Below, one piece after another: positions 10,175-18,831 of a stretch of DNA of 64,000 nucleotides. Numbering within the stretch: the first letter of the stretch is position 1; each line of letters starts with the position of its first letter. The position numbers and the translations under genes were made by a program. The stretch is from the NCBI GenBank assembly GCA_038861545.1, contig JAWCCZ010000004.1:128001-192000 (forward strand). Reading direction: 5' to 3'. Under the pieces are notes generated by a model. It was not told the origin of the DNA. It did no database searches and saw only the letters and a program-made list of their open reading frames with translations. This DNA comes from Thermofilaceae archaeon (GTDB taxonomy: Archaea > Thermoproteota > Thermoprotei > Thermofilales > Thermofilaceae).

Positions 10175-11188
10175 CTATGTAATTCCATGCTGCCATACTT
10201 TATAGATCTCATCAGCTACGTAAACTTTTTTCAATCTCTCTACACAGCCGTCCACTCTGTGAAGCTCTACTAAACATCCCCTATAATTTTCTACTCTTCC
10301 TATGATTCCAGCCGGTATACCCTCCTTTTTTAAAGTTTCAACCGCTTCGTCGGCAAGGTGCGCTGGAACAGTGGCGATGAGAGCGCCTGAACTGATTAAC
10401 CGTAGAGGATCAATGCTTAAGGCTCTTGTTACAGTAGCAGTCTCCTCCGCTACTGGTATAGCGACTTCGTCTATTATTATAGTTTTACCAGAAGAATACG
10501 CTACCTCGGCTAAACCGCCTAAAAGTCCACCTTCTGTCGGATCATGCATCGCTGTAGCGAATCTTTTCTCAGCAAGGATCAGCGCCTCTTTTACCACACT
10601 TACTTCCTTTAAGAAGCCCATACCAACCTTTAAAACTTGCTCGGGTACACCCTTACTCTTTAAGATACCAGCAAAGTCAGTACAGAGTATAGCGGTGCCT
10701 TCAATGGCTGCACTTTTAGTCATTATTACAAAATCTCCGGCTTTCGCCCCGCGAGTCGAAACTATCAGCTCTCGATCTACAATGCCTATAGCTGTTGTTC
10801 CAGCAATTGGCCTATCAACTCCAGGTGTTACCTCCGTGTGCCCGCCAACAATTGCTATTCCCAACTCCTTTGCAGCATTATCAACCTGCGTCGCTATCTT
10901 CTCAATCACATCAGAAGCCTCTCTAGGGAGAAATAGTGTCATAAGGAACCAGCTTGGCCGAGCACCTGTAACGGCCACGTCATTAGCTACAATGTTAACT
11001 GCTAACCAACCCAGGGTCTCTACAGCACCGGTAATTGCATCATTGTGAACAACCAAAACCTTTCCGCAACCTATATCTATTACTGCGGCATCTTCACCTA
11101 AAGCCGGGCCTATTAGGACACGTGGATCATTCACTCCTAGTTTCTTGAACACATACTGCTCCATTAGCTCAGGCGGTAGCTTACCCAT
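10175..11188 (-). CDS. AIR synthase (PurM/HypE/ThiL superfamily) protein
   Basis: GEDAAVI, ANDVAVTGA, GGHTE, MHDPTEGG; lacks the HypE C-terminal PRIC. Confidence 0.85.
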   Translation of the reverse strand: MGKLPPELMEQYVFKKLGVNDPRVLIGPALGEDAAVIDIGCGKVLVVHNDAITGAVETLGWLAVNIVANDVAVTGARPSWFLMTLFLPREASDVIEKIATQVDNAAKELGIAIVGGHTEVTPGVDRPIAGTTAIGIVDRELIVSTRGAKAGDFVIMTKSAAIEGTAILCTDFAGILKSKGVPEQVLKVGMGFLKEVSVVKEALILAEKRFATAMHDPTEGGLLGGLAEVAYSSGKTIIIDEVAIPVAEETATVTRALSIDPLRLISSGALIATVPAHLADEAVETLKKEGIPAGIIGRVENYRGCLVELHRVDGCVERLKKVYVADEIYKVWQHGIT

Positions 11189-11241
11189 CAGGGAATTGTA
11201 AGAACTGATTCTAAAAAACTATTGATGAAAGGCCCACTCCC

Positions 11242-11396
11242 TTCGAACCGGGGGCCTACCGGTTCACACCCGGCCTTTACCGGTGTCGACCGGCTACCGC
11301 GGTATCATTCAGCGCACAGCGCAGTCTCCGCGGGCAACCAGCTACAGCCGGCCGCTCTACCGCTGAGCTACGCGGGGCTTGGTCCCCGCGCCCGGA
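11242..11396 (-). tRNA. Permuted tRNA-Tyr(GUA): 3' part (nt 60-76) at 11396-11380, 5' part (nt 1-59) at 11377-11242, intron(s) at 37/38 (11341-11264)
   Basis: Reconstructed mature tRNA CCCCGCG TA GCTC AGCGGTA GAGC G GCCGG CT GTA GA CCGGT AGGCC CCCGG TTCGAA/T CCGGG CGCGGGG A CCA; C1-G72 and A73 Tyr identity; complementary leader (11412-11397) and trailer (11241-11231) form a BHB at 59/60. Confidence 0.93.
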
Positions 11397-11433
11397 ATCC
11401 CGGGAGCAGGCCATTTCCCTTTAATTGAAAGGG

Positions 11434-11451
11434 GTATATAAGTTATAACTT
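11434..11451 (-). promoter_or_regulatory. TATA box of the permuted tRNA-Tyr transcript, overlapped by the palindrome AAGTTATAACTT
   Basis: TTATATAC about 22 nt upstream of the leader start at 11412. Confidence 0.6.
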
Positions 11452-11490
11452 GTACGAGCAGGCCTTCAGACTCTACCTCCATGAACTGTG

Positions 11491-12582
11491 TTACACGGAA
11501 GAACGTGTATAACACCCCACTTTTTTAACCAGATCTGAGAAAAATCGATAGCTACTTAATGATACATCAGGAGGTACCGAATGGTCAGAGCCAGCTATGT
11601 AACCTCCACCCCTAGCTGCGATGGGTACCTTTCTATTTACTTCTTCGCTTATTTTATCTGGACCAGCTGCAAGCGCCCTCGCGTCAATATTACCTATAAA
11701 AGCCAGTTTGTCACCATAGAGCTCTTTAAGCTCTCTCACATCCATGTTAGCCTTAACTTCCAATGGTTGGAGAGCCGTGAAACCTGCTTCGATGAAGTAG
11801 GGTATTAACGGTTTCACGTTGCCATCCGTATGCAGAATTGCTGGCTTCCCCGCCCTTCGAAAAGTGCTAATAACTCGGGCATGTTGCGGCATAACAAGTT
11901 CTTTGTAATGGTTGGGAGAAATGAAAGGACCACCCTTATATGCTAAATCATCCCAGACCCATATACTATCTAACCCTATGTCTTCAAGCGTCTCTGCGAC
12001 TTTAGATAGGAAACGCCCGATTCTCTCGAACATATAAATTAGCATTCGCTGATCCCTATAAAGTAACTTTAGAATCCTATCTATGCTCTCCCCAACAATA
12101 TGTCTTACATACTCGAAAGGTCCTAAAATGCTTGCAACGACGAAAAAGTCATGCTGAAGCTTTTCAACGGCCTTCTCCAAATCTCCCCTGAAGGGATAAT
12201 TTCTACTGCTGGCTCGGAATGGAAGCTCCGGATCGAGTAGAGGTTCTATGTATTCCTTAAAGTCGTCAAGCGTTTTTATAGCTGGCTCCACGGGCTGAGG
12301 CGTCCCGCTTTTCTCCCTCCACGACTTAACCATAACACCATAGGAATCGCGATAGATCAGCCATTCATTCCCCTCTTCAATTACTATGGAATCAAATTTA
12401 GGTGAAACATCGACGCCGAAATGGTAAATGTCGAAACCGAAGTACTTGTGAATAGAGACTGTGCGGGGCAGCCCTTCTTGTCTCCACCTTTCTATAGTTT
12501 CAGGCCAAGGAAAATCTATAAGCCCGACTCTATCCGCTTCCTCTAGGCGCAATAAACTGTAAATTCTCTCTCTCGAATCCAT
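11491..12582 (-). CDS. Uroporphyrinogen decarboxylase / MtaA-CmuA methyltransferase family protein
   Basis: WDDLAYKGGPFISP, LHTDGN, FIGNID, GSDHSVP. Confidence 0.85.
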   Translation of the reverse strand: MDSRERIYSLLRLEEADRVGLIDFPWPETIERWRQEGLPRTVSIHKYFGFDIYHFGVDVSPKFDSIVIEEGNEWLIYRDSYGVMVKSWREKSGTPQPVEPAIKTLDDFKEYIEPLLDPELPFRASSRNYPFRGDLEKAVEKLQHDFFVVASILGPFEYVRHIVGESIDRILKLLYRDQRMLIYMFERIGRFLSKVAETLEDIGLDSIWVWDDLAYKGGPFISPNHYKELVMPQHARVISTFRRAGKPAILHTDGNVKPLIPYFIEAGFTALQPLEVKANMDVRELKELYGDKLAFIGNIDARALAAGPDKISEEVNRKVPIAARGGGYIAGSDHSVPPDVSLSSYRFFSDLVKKVGCYTRSSV

Positions 12583-12609
12583 AGAGGGATAAGGATCCTA
12601 GCCTCTATT

Positions 12610-14454
12610 TTAGGGTGATGCGTCTTCCTCGAAGTCTATGACCTCTATGCTGTTTCCTCTACTCTTTCTCAATTTTGTAATCGCTAACGCTGCAACGCAT
12701 AGGACTGTAGCACATCCCGCTAGTAGTATATCAGATGACACAACAGTGAGGGTCAAGTACTCTCCCCCGCTCCTTATGTTTAATTCTTGCGAAAGTCCTA
12801 GGTTAGTTACGCTTAAGACGTACCTACCGGGTATCAAATCCAAGTATGCTATCCCGTCAGACCCCGTTATCACCGAGTACTCGATAGGCCCTTTTACGTC
12901 AATCTTCATGTTCGGTAGAGGTCTTCCCAGGAGATCTACTAGCTTGATGTAAACTTTGCTTAGGTTGGCTACTACCACGTAACTGTTCCTGTCCCATTCC
13001 ACTTTAATAGTCCCGGAGTAGAGTAATGCTCCCTCACGAATAACTGTGCAATTGTAAACGCCGGGGGGCAAATCCTCAAACCTAATGACTCCCCCTCTTT
13101 CATATGTGTGTCTTATAATCTCCCCGGCGTTTAGCGTAAGCTGGTAGTTTCTCAACTTTTCCCCATTCGGATAAATCACGGCTATACTTACATCGACTAA
13201 GCTGGTTTTTATGAAAACATAAGTATCGCTATTTTCAACAGTGACTGTGCCACTCCCAACCTCAATACCATTTGAGAAAACCCTTACAGTATACTTCCCT
13301 GGTGGAATATGATCAAATTCGCAGCTACCCTTGACTATAGGTACGCTGTCATGAATCGCGTTGCTCTCACTATGTAAGACTGCTGTTAAGTTTTCTACAG
13401 GTTCTCCTTTGTAATCTACTGCACTAACCGCTACCCTAAACCCGAACTCCGGTAACTTAATTAGAGGGGCAAATCCGTATATTTCGGCGTCATACGCTAG
13501 CACGCTATTCCTGTAGGCTTGGGCGATAAGCTTACCAGTGGAAGTTGAAACTGATATGGAGACTTTTGACCCTTTACTCACAATTAAACCTTGGATAACG
13601 TAATTAAACCAACCTTCAGCGCTCACTTTAACCGGGCAAGAGAAGGATAAGCTGGTTCTATTAGAAGTCTTTGGCCAAGGTAGGCTAGAATTTAGTAAAC
13701 CATCAATAATACCTAGAGTCACTTTGTACTCATCATGCTCGCCACAAGTAGAGGGGATGTTGACATAGTTAAATGTAAGCCGCAAACCGTTAATGCTATA
13801 ATCTGAATAGTAGAGAGGAGTAACTCTTAGCTCTACTGAATCATTTCTTAACTTATTGACTAAAGGCTCGGGGGCATCGCCAGATACTATTATTACCAGC
13901 TCTTGGAAAGTTGTTTCACCTATAACGGAGGATATACGGATTTCTTTTTCTTCTATAATGGTGGCTTTAACGCGTATATCATCGATGTGAACCACGTTCC
14001 TCAATAAAGCTTCAATAAGGCATCCCCAGTATTTTTTTCCATTTAAGCTATCAGCTACTGTATAGACTGGAGGCTTAGCCTCGTATTCGTGAAACCAGAT
14101 TGACACCATTTTCGGCTTAGTCTCAAATCGAGTTAAGTTAACCATAGCGAAATCCTCGATAATTGCTATACCTTGATTTAAGCGTGGAAATACAATTTTC
14201 CCATCAATAGCGATCGTGTGGGGTTTAAAAGGCGTGGTCGAATCGACTCTTAATACCATCCAGGAAGCATCTTTGGGGGGTGTCACATCTAACCTACAGT
14301 GATCATCCCAGAATAGTAAGAAATAGTCCCGGCTTACGGTACCGTTATCCAATAGATAAGTGACCTCAGCTACAAAAAGCCTTAATGGTTGAGCTATTGC
14401 AAGGCAAACTGATAGCGCTACTAGGATTACTACTAAGGCTACGTAAACCCTCAC
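12610..14454 (-). CDS. Secreted, C-terminally anchored surface protein with carboxypeptidase-regulatory-like beta-sandwich repeats
   Basis: Signal peptide, repeats of D..G.P...PPGxY.V, C-terminal TM followed by a basic then acidic tail. Confidence 0.75.
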   Translation of the reverse strand: MRVYVALVVILVALSVCLAIAQPLRLFVAEVTYLLDNGTVSRDYFLLFWDDHCRLDVTPPKDASWMVLRVDSTTPFKPHTIAIDGKIVFPRLNQGIAIIEDFAMVNLTRFETKPKMVSIWFHEYEAKPPVYTVADSLNGKKYWGCLIEALLRNVVHIDDIRVKATIIEEKEIRISSVIGETTFQELVIIVSGDAPEPLVNKLRNDSVELRVTPLYYSDYSINGLRLTFNYVNIPSTCGEHDEYKVTLGIIDGLLNSSLPWPKTSNRTSLSFSCPVKVSAEGWFNYVIQGLIVSKGSKVSISVSTSTGKLIAQAYRNSVLAYDAEIYGFAPLIKLPEFGFRVAVSAVDYKGEPVENLTAVLHSESNAIHDSVPIVKGSCEFDHIPPGKYTVRVFSNGIEVGSGTVTVENSDTYVFIKTSLVDVSIAVIYPNGEKLRNYQLTLNAGEIIRHTYERGGVIRFEDLPPGVYNCTVIREGALLYSGTIKVEWDRNSYVVVANLSKVYIKLVDLLGRPLPNMKIDVKGPIEYSVITGSDGIAYLDLIPGRYVLSVTNLGLSQELNIRSGGEYLTLTVVSSDILLAGCATVLCVAALAITKLRKSRGNSIEVIDFEEDASP

Positions 14455-14582
14455 ATAACAAGTTTAGGTAAAGGGAATCGTATTAGTGACAGACTTTCAA
14501 TAAAGCTAAGACAGGGGTATTACGCGTGTAAGCTGCTAAATATGATGGAATACCCGCAACCCTTTAATGTTAGCACCTTAGA

Positions 14583-14915
14583 TTGTGTGTGATGAGTAGA
14601 GAAAGTGAGAAACCCAGTAAAGTACTTGTATTCCTAGTAAGTATACCAGCTCTTCTGCTGATTCTCATATGGTTTTTAACTGAGGGATTCAAAGTACAGC
14701 CTTCCTTGCCCCACCTCTTCTCTAGAATAGTTCCTTTAGCATTAGCTGTAGTAGCATCCGTTATAGCATTGCTGGCATACGGAACAGCAAAGGATGAGGA
14801 ACCTGAATGGGAAGAGACTTTCATTTTTAAAATAATAGAGGGGGTAGCATTAGTTTACATAGTCTTGGCTGCCCTCTTCTCCGCTATTATAGTCTTCACC
14901 TATTTTATTACCTAG
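14583..14915 (+). CDS. Small 3-TM membrane protein (start may be ATG 14592)
   Basis: Three hydrophobic helices with an acidic loop EEPEWEE. Confidence 0.65.
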   Translation: MCVMSRESEKPSKVLVFLVSIPALLLILIWFLTEGFKVQPSLPHLFSRIVPLALAVVASVIALLAYGTAKDEEPEWEETFIFKIIEGVALVYIVLAALFSAIIVFTYFIT

Positions 14916-16358
14916 CTACTCGAGTAGACTTCTCAACGCCTTTAATTCCTCCTCTCTCTTAGCTAGTTCTTCTTTAAGCCTTTTATTTTCACTCTCAAGC
15001 TCTTTAACTCTGGCTTCCAATACTGTTAACGTCTTCAGCTTTGATGCGAGTTCAGCTTCCTTAGATTTAAGTTCGGCTTCCTTAGCCTCGATTCTCTCTC
15101 TTAATTCATTCAATAAGTTTTCTTTAGTTAAAAGAGAACGTTGATAACCAATTAATTCTTTTTCTTTATCTAAAAGTCTCCTTTCCCAATCTTTAAGCTT
15201 ATTTTCCCGTTCAGTGATATCTTTTAACGGTTTTAATTTTTCTTCAAGACCTTCCTTGTCTTTTTTAATTTGTTCTTCAAACTCTCTTAACTTTACTTCC
15301 TTATCTTCAACCTCTTTTCTTAGAATTTCATACCTATTAAGTAACCTATTTAACCTGGATTCCCTCTCTACAAGCTCTTTTTCCCATTCAACCATTTTAT
15401 TCCAGCGTGCAGCTAACTCATCATCCTTCCTCCTCAATCCATCTTCTCTAATTTTTAGCTGCTCCTCTAACTCTCTCAGTCTTGCTTCTTTCTCCCCGAG
15501 CTCGCGTGTAAGTTTTTCAAGCTCAATTCTAGCTGTTGATACCTTCTCGCTTTCTACAGTAAGCGATGCTTTGAATTTCTCCAGTTCTATCTCTTTCGTC
15601 GAGATTTCTCTTGACTTTTCATCGAATTCCTTAATAATTTGCATTAAATTATCATACATTTCTTTTAACGTATGAGCTAACTCCGGTAATGGTTCAATAT
15701 TTCTTGCATTGTTAAGAGTTACTTTCAGCATTTCTTCATAGCTTTTTAATCTCTCTTCCCATTCCTTGATTGTAATTTCTTTTTTCTCTAACTCTTTGGA
15801 TTTCTTATCTAATTCACGGATGTTCACTATTAAATTTGCATATTCGTCAATAGCCTTAGTGTATCGCTCCGCGGCTTCCACTAGTGATTTCATTGTGGTG
15901 GTAAGGGTATCTCCGATGGATACATTTTTTTCTTCTAAATTTTTAGTCAATTCTATTAACTTATCCATAGCATCTTTAACCGCTTGTAAGGTCGGATTTA
16001 CCTTTGTGTCGAGTTGATTTAGGTTTTCAGAGAATATCTTTAAACTTTCACTTAAACCGGCTAAAGTACCTTCCAGTTGAGCACTGATATTCGAAAACCT
16101 TGTAACAGCATCTTCAAGTTTAGCTCTAGACCCTTCTATGTCGCCTCTTTGCCTTTGCAACAGGTCAACTAGGTCAGCCAGTATGGCCCTTTGTTCCTCC
16201 AATAGAGCTACCAATTGAGCTTGTAACACTCTAAACTGTTCAGAAAGGCGAGACCCTATTAGTTCAGCCTGTTTCGAAAGGGCTGCATCTATTGCTTTAC
16301 TCTGTTCCTCTAGTCTGCCGAGGATTTCGGTTAACGCATCTTCCCTTCTCCTTAGCAT
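14916..16358 (-). CDS. 480-aa long coiled-coil protein
   Basis: Nearly continuous E/K/L/R heptads, no Walker motifs; GAGGT immediately upstream of the ATG. Confidence 0.8.
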   Translation of the reverse strand: MLRRREDALTEILGRLEEQSKAIDAALSKQAELIGSRLSEQFRVLQAQLVALLEEQRAILADLVDLLQRQRGDIEGSRAKLEDAVTRFSNISAQLEGTLAGLSESLKIFSENLNQLDTKVNPTLQAVKDAMDKLIELTKNLEEKNVSIGDTLTTTMKSLVEAAERYTKAIDEYANLIVNIRELDKKSKELEKKEITIKEWEERLKSYEEMLKVTLNNARNIEPLPELAHTLKEMYDNLMQIIKEFDEKSREISTKEIELEKFKASLTVESEKVSTARIELEKLTRELGEKEARLRELEEQLKIREDGLRRKDDELAARWNKMVEWEKELVERESRLNRLLNRYEILRKEVEDKEVKLREFEEQIKKDKEGLEEKLKPLKDITERENKLKDWERRLLDKEKELIGYQRSLLTKENLLNELRERIEAKEAELKSKEAELASKLKTLTVLEARVKELESENKRLKEELAKREEELKALRSLLE

Positions 16359-16410
16359 ACCTCTAACCTGAATATAGTATTTAGGAAAGAGGCTTTAATA
16401 CTATCGTTGC

Positions 16411-17031
16411 TTATTCCTGTTTATCCTTGCTCTCTTCCTTGCTACTTTTCAGTGTTAGCGATAAATCTGTCAGTAATACACCCAAGTCATTTACCTTTGC
16501 CGCCATACCTTCCTCTAAGCACTTTACCCGCATTTCCAAATCATAAATGAGAATACTAAATTCCTCTAGCTTTGATTTCAGCCCGTAGATTTCCTCTCTC
16601 ATGACGGCTACTTGGTTGATCAACTCGTTAACCCTATTTTTATTTTCTAATTTAAAAGCTTGAATATCCTGATCGATTAAATCAACTTTTGAAGTTAGGC
16701 TACTAAGCCTACTTGCAATACCGCCTAACCCTAAATCCAGCATTGCCTTCACATCCCTATCAAGTCTATCAAGCAAGTTCTCAAACGTCTTTACAATACC
16801 CTCAGATTGCTCAAGCAACCTACGTCTCTCCTCCTCAAGAGTTCTCCTATCGGCTTCTAATAGCTCTCTGAGCTTTGAACTCTCATCCCGTAAAGCCGAT
16901 ATATGTTCGCTAATATTTTCTAGGTACACTTTCAAAGCATTTACACCGTCACTTAACCTTCTCACACCTACCGTTAACGCCGGCAGCAGTTCTTCCTCTA
17001 ATTCAACGTATTCTATTTCACTGCCACTCAT
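16411..17031 (-). CDS. 206-aa coiled-coil protein
   Basis: Heptad pattern; acidic N-terminus EIEYVELEEE. Confidence 0.75.
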   Translation of the reverse strand: MSGSEIEYVELEEELLPALTVGVRRLSDGVNALKVYLENISEHISALRDESSKLRELLEADRRTLEEERRRLLEQSEGIVKTFENLLDRLDRDVKAMLDLGLGGIASRLSSLTSKVDLIDQDIQAFKLENKNRVNELINQVAVMREEIYGLKSKLEEFSILIYDLEMRVKCLEEGMAAKVNDLGVLLTDLSLTLKSSKEESKDKQE

Positions 17032-17075
17032 ATGTAAAAGATTTAGTACCTAGGATATATATCAACCGCGTAGAA

Positions 17076-17339
17076 TTAGTATTCCTCTAAACCTTCCTCT
17101 GATTCACTACCTTCAAGATCTTTTGAAATTTTTATCTCAAAGATTATTAGCGCGGCGAATATTGCTGTTAACACTAAGCCTAATGAGATAAAAGTGCTTC
17201 TAGCTTGCTCTGTAGGAGCTATCCAGGGATAACCTCCTAAGATCACCATTTCATCGCCGGAACCCAGTTTAATGGGAACCCAGTATAAGATCAAGGCCAG
17301 TGATAGCAATGTTATTACTATTATGGCGCTAAACCTCAT
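17076..17339 (-). CDS. 87-aa 2-TM membrane protein with acidic tail
   Basis: Two hydrophobic helices, GGYPW loop, tail SESEEGLEEY; SD GAGGTGG upstream. Confidence 0.75.
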   Translation of the reverse strand: MRFSAIIVITLLSLALILYWVPIKLGSGDEMVILGGYPWIAPTEQARSTFISLGLVLTAIFAALIIFEIKISKDLEGSESEEGLEEY

Positions 17340-17357
17340 TTAACCACCTCGTAAATT

Positions 17358-17416
17358 GGTCAGCTCGTCGCGAGACGATCACCTCTCACGCACCCCTGGG
17401 ACGGCTTCTTCATCCC
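17358..17416 (-). ncRNA. Candidate box C/D sRNA
   Basis: GGG-ATGAAGA(C)-guide-GTGA(D')-GAG-GTGATCG(C')-TCTCGCGACGAG-CTGA(D)-CC; D guide is antisense to CGUCGCGAGAC, a conserved 23S domain V segment. Confidence 0.6.
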
Positions 17417-17667
17417 GAGAGAGGAAAACAGCTAAGCTAAAAGGGTTACGCCTCTAAGTCCAAATGCACTCTAGGTCTCTCTAGATAAGTTATCTACTCT
17501 AAATTCTATTATGATTATTTCTGTTAATACTTCCTTAGAAAATTTAATAAATCTTTAAATATTTTCGTTCAAAAAATTAAACTCCTTCGGTAAGCCAAGT
17601 ATGAAAACTTTCGAGTTACTATTAGCTAGGTGCCTTTTTCCCTAGGTTACAGTAATGTGCTCCAGAC

Positions 17668-18831
17668 ATGCCAACAGTATTCATAGACAAAGAGAAGCTT
17701 TCCAGCAGGTATGTTCCACCCAAGTTACCGCACAGAGGTCAGCAACTCAGAATCCTTGAAAATATAGTAATAGATGTAATAGGCGGAATGGCTGCCTCTC
17801 GTGTTGCCTTGCTGACAGGTCCCGTTGGAACTGGGAAAACATCTAGTGTCATACTATTGCACAGCTCTTTATGCGATAGATGCTCAGAACACATATTCGC
17901 CTATATGAATATGAGATTTTGCGGGGAAACTCCTTTCACTTTCTTTTCATCTTTCTATGAAAAAGTTACTAATCTGCCAGCTTCGCGGAGTCTAGGGGCC
18001 GGGGAGATCCTAAGAGAAATACTGAAAGCCTTAGAAAAGAGAGGTAAACCAACACTACTTGTGTTAGATGAAGCCGAGCACCACGCTAGAAGCTCTCTTA
18101 GAACAGTTATATATACGCTGACAAGGCTACACGAAGTTGAACAATCCTTGTCCATAGCTGTCCTTTTTATATCCCGAAACCTGGAATGGCTAAAGTTACT
18201 TGATCCAGCTGAACGATCAACATTAGGGAACCTGGTAATCCATTATTCACCCTATTCCACTGAGCAGCTTTATGACATTCTATCCTATAGAGCGTCTGAA
18301 GCTTTTAAGGTTGGAGCGGTCAATGATGAAACATTAAAATGGTTAGCAGAGTATACCCACCTATATATGTGCAGTGACGTACGAAGGGCCTTAGACACGC
18401 TTCTTTATGCGGGGATCTTAGCCGAGCAGGAGAATTATGGAAAAGTTACGAAGGACCATGTAATAACAGCTCTAAGAGGTATGGAAGCCTTCATAGCTCC
18501 AGCCGAGGTAGAGCGTTTAAACGTTCATGAGAAGCTAGTGCTTTACGCTACGCTGAGACTAACAGAACACTCCTCTAAACCCTACGTAAAAATTAGTGAG
18601 TTATGGGATGAATTTAACTTGCTTCTCGAGCAGTTCAGAGTAAGGCAGATTAATTTTAACGAGTTTGAAAACATTGTTCAAAAGCTCAGCGACTTAGGAG
18701 CTTTGCTTAGTGAGGGCCCAGCTAGGATATCTGCATCGTCTACGTTAAATTTAGAATTGATAGAGGCTACTCTTAAATCCGTTCAACAAGAGTATCGAGG
18801 AGAGAGGAGGAGATTCAATGATAATAGCTGA
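17668..18831 (+). CDS. cdc6: Orc1/Cdc6 replication initiator
   Basis: YVPPKLPHR, GPVGTGKT, LVLDEAE, PYSTEQLYDIL, DVRRALD. Confidence 0.88.
   Translation: MPTVFIDKEKLSSRYVPPKLPHRGQQLRILENIVIDVIGGMAASRVALLTGPVGTGKTSSVILLHSSLCDRCSEHIFAYMNMRFCGETPFTFFSSFYEKVTNLPASRSLGAGEILREILKALEKRGKPTLLVLDEAEHHARSSLRTVIYTLTRLHEVEQSLSIAVLFISRNLEWLKLLDPAERSTLGNLVIHYSPYSTEQLYDILSYRASEAFKVGAVNDETLKWLAEYTHLYMCSDVRRALDTLLYAGILAEQENYGKVTKDHVITALRGMEAFIAPAEVERLNVHEKLVLYATLRLTEHSSKPYVKISELWDEFNLLLEQFRVRQINFNEFENIVQKLSDLGALLSEGPARISASSTLNLELIEATLKSVQQEYRGERRRFNDNS

Noticed and set aside
10302-11048. Long antisense ORFs (248 aa here; also 15214-15675, 35682-36101, 61597-62040 and others)
   Set aside because: Shadows of well-supported genes on the opposite strand, with no motifs
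10175-11188. hypE call, given hypF in the window
   Set aside because: Lacks the essential C-terminal PRIC cysteine; generic AIR-synthase family
11222-11428. 68-aa ORF
   Set aside because: Antisense to the permuted tRNA-Tyr
14916-16358. SMC/Rad50 call
   Set aside because: No Walker A/B, hinge or zinc hook
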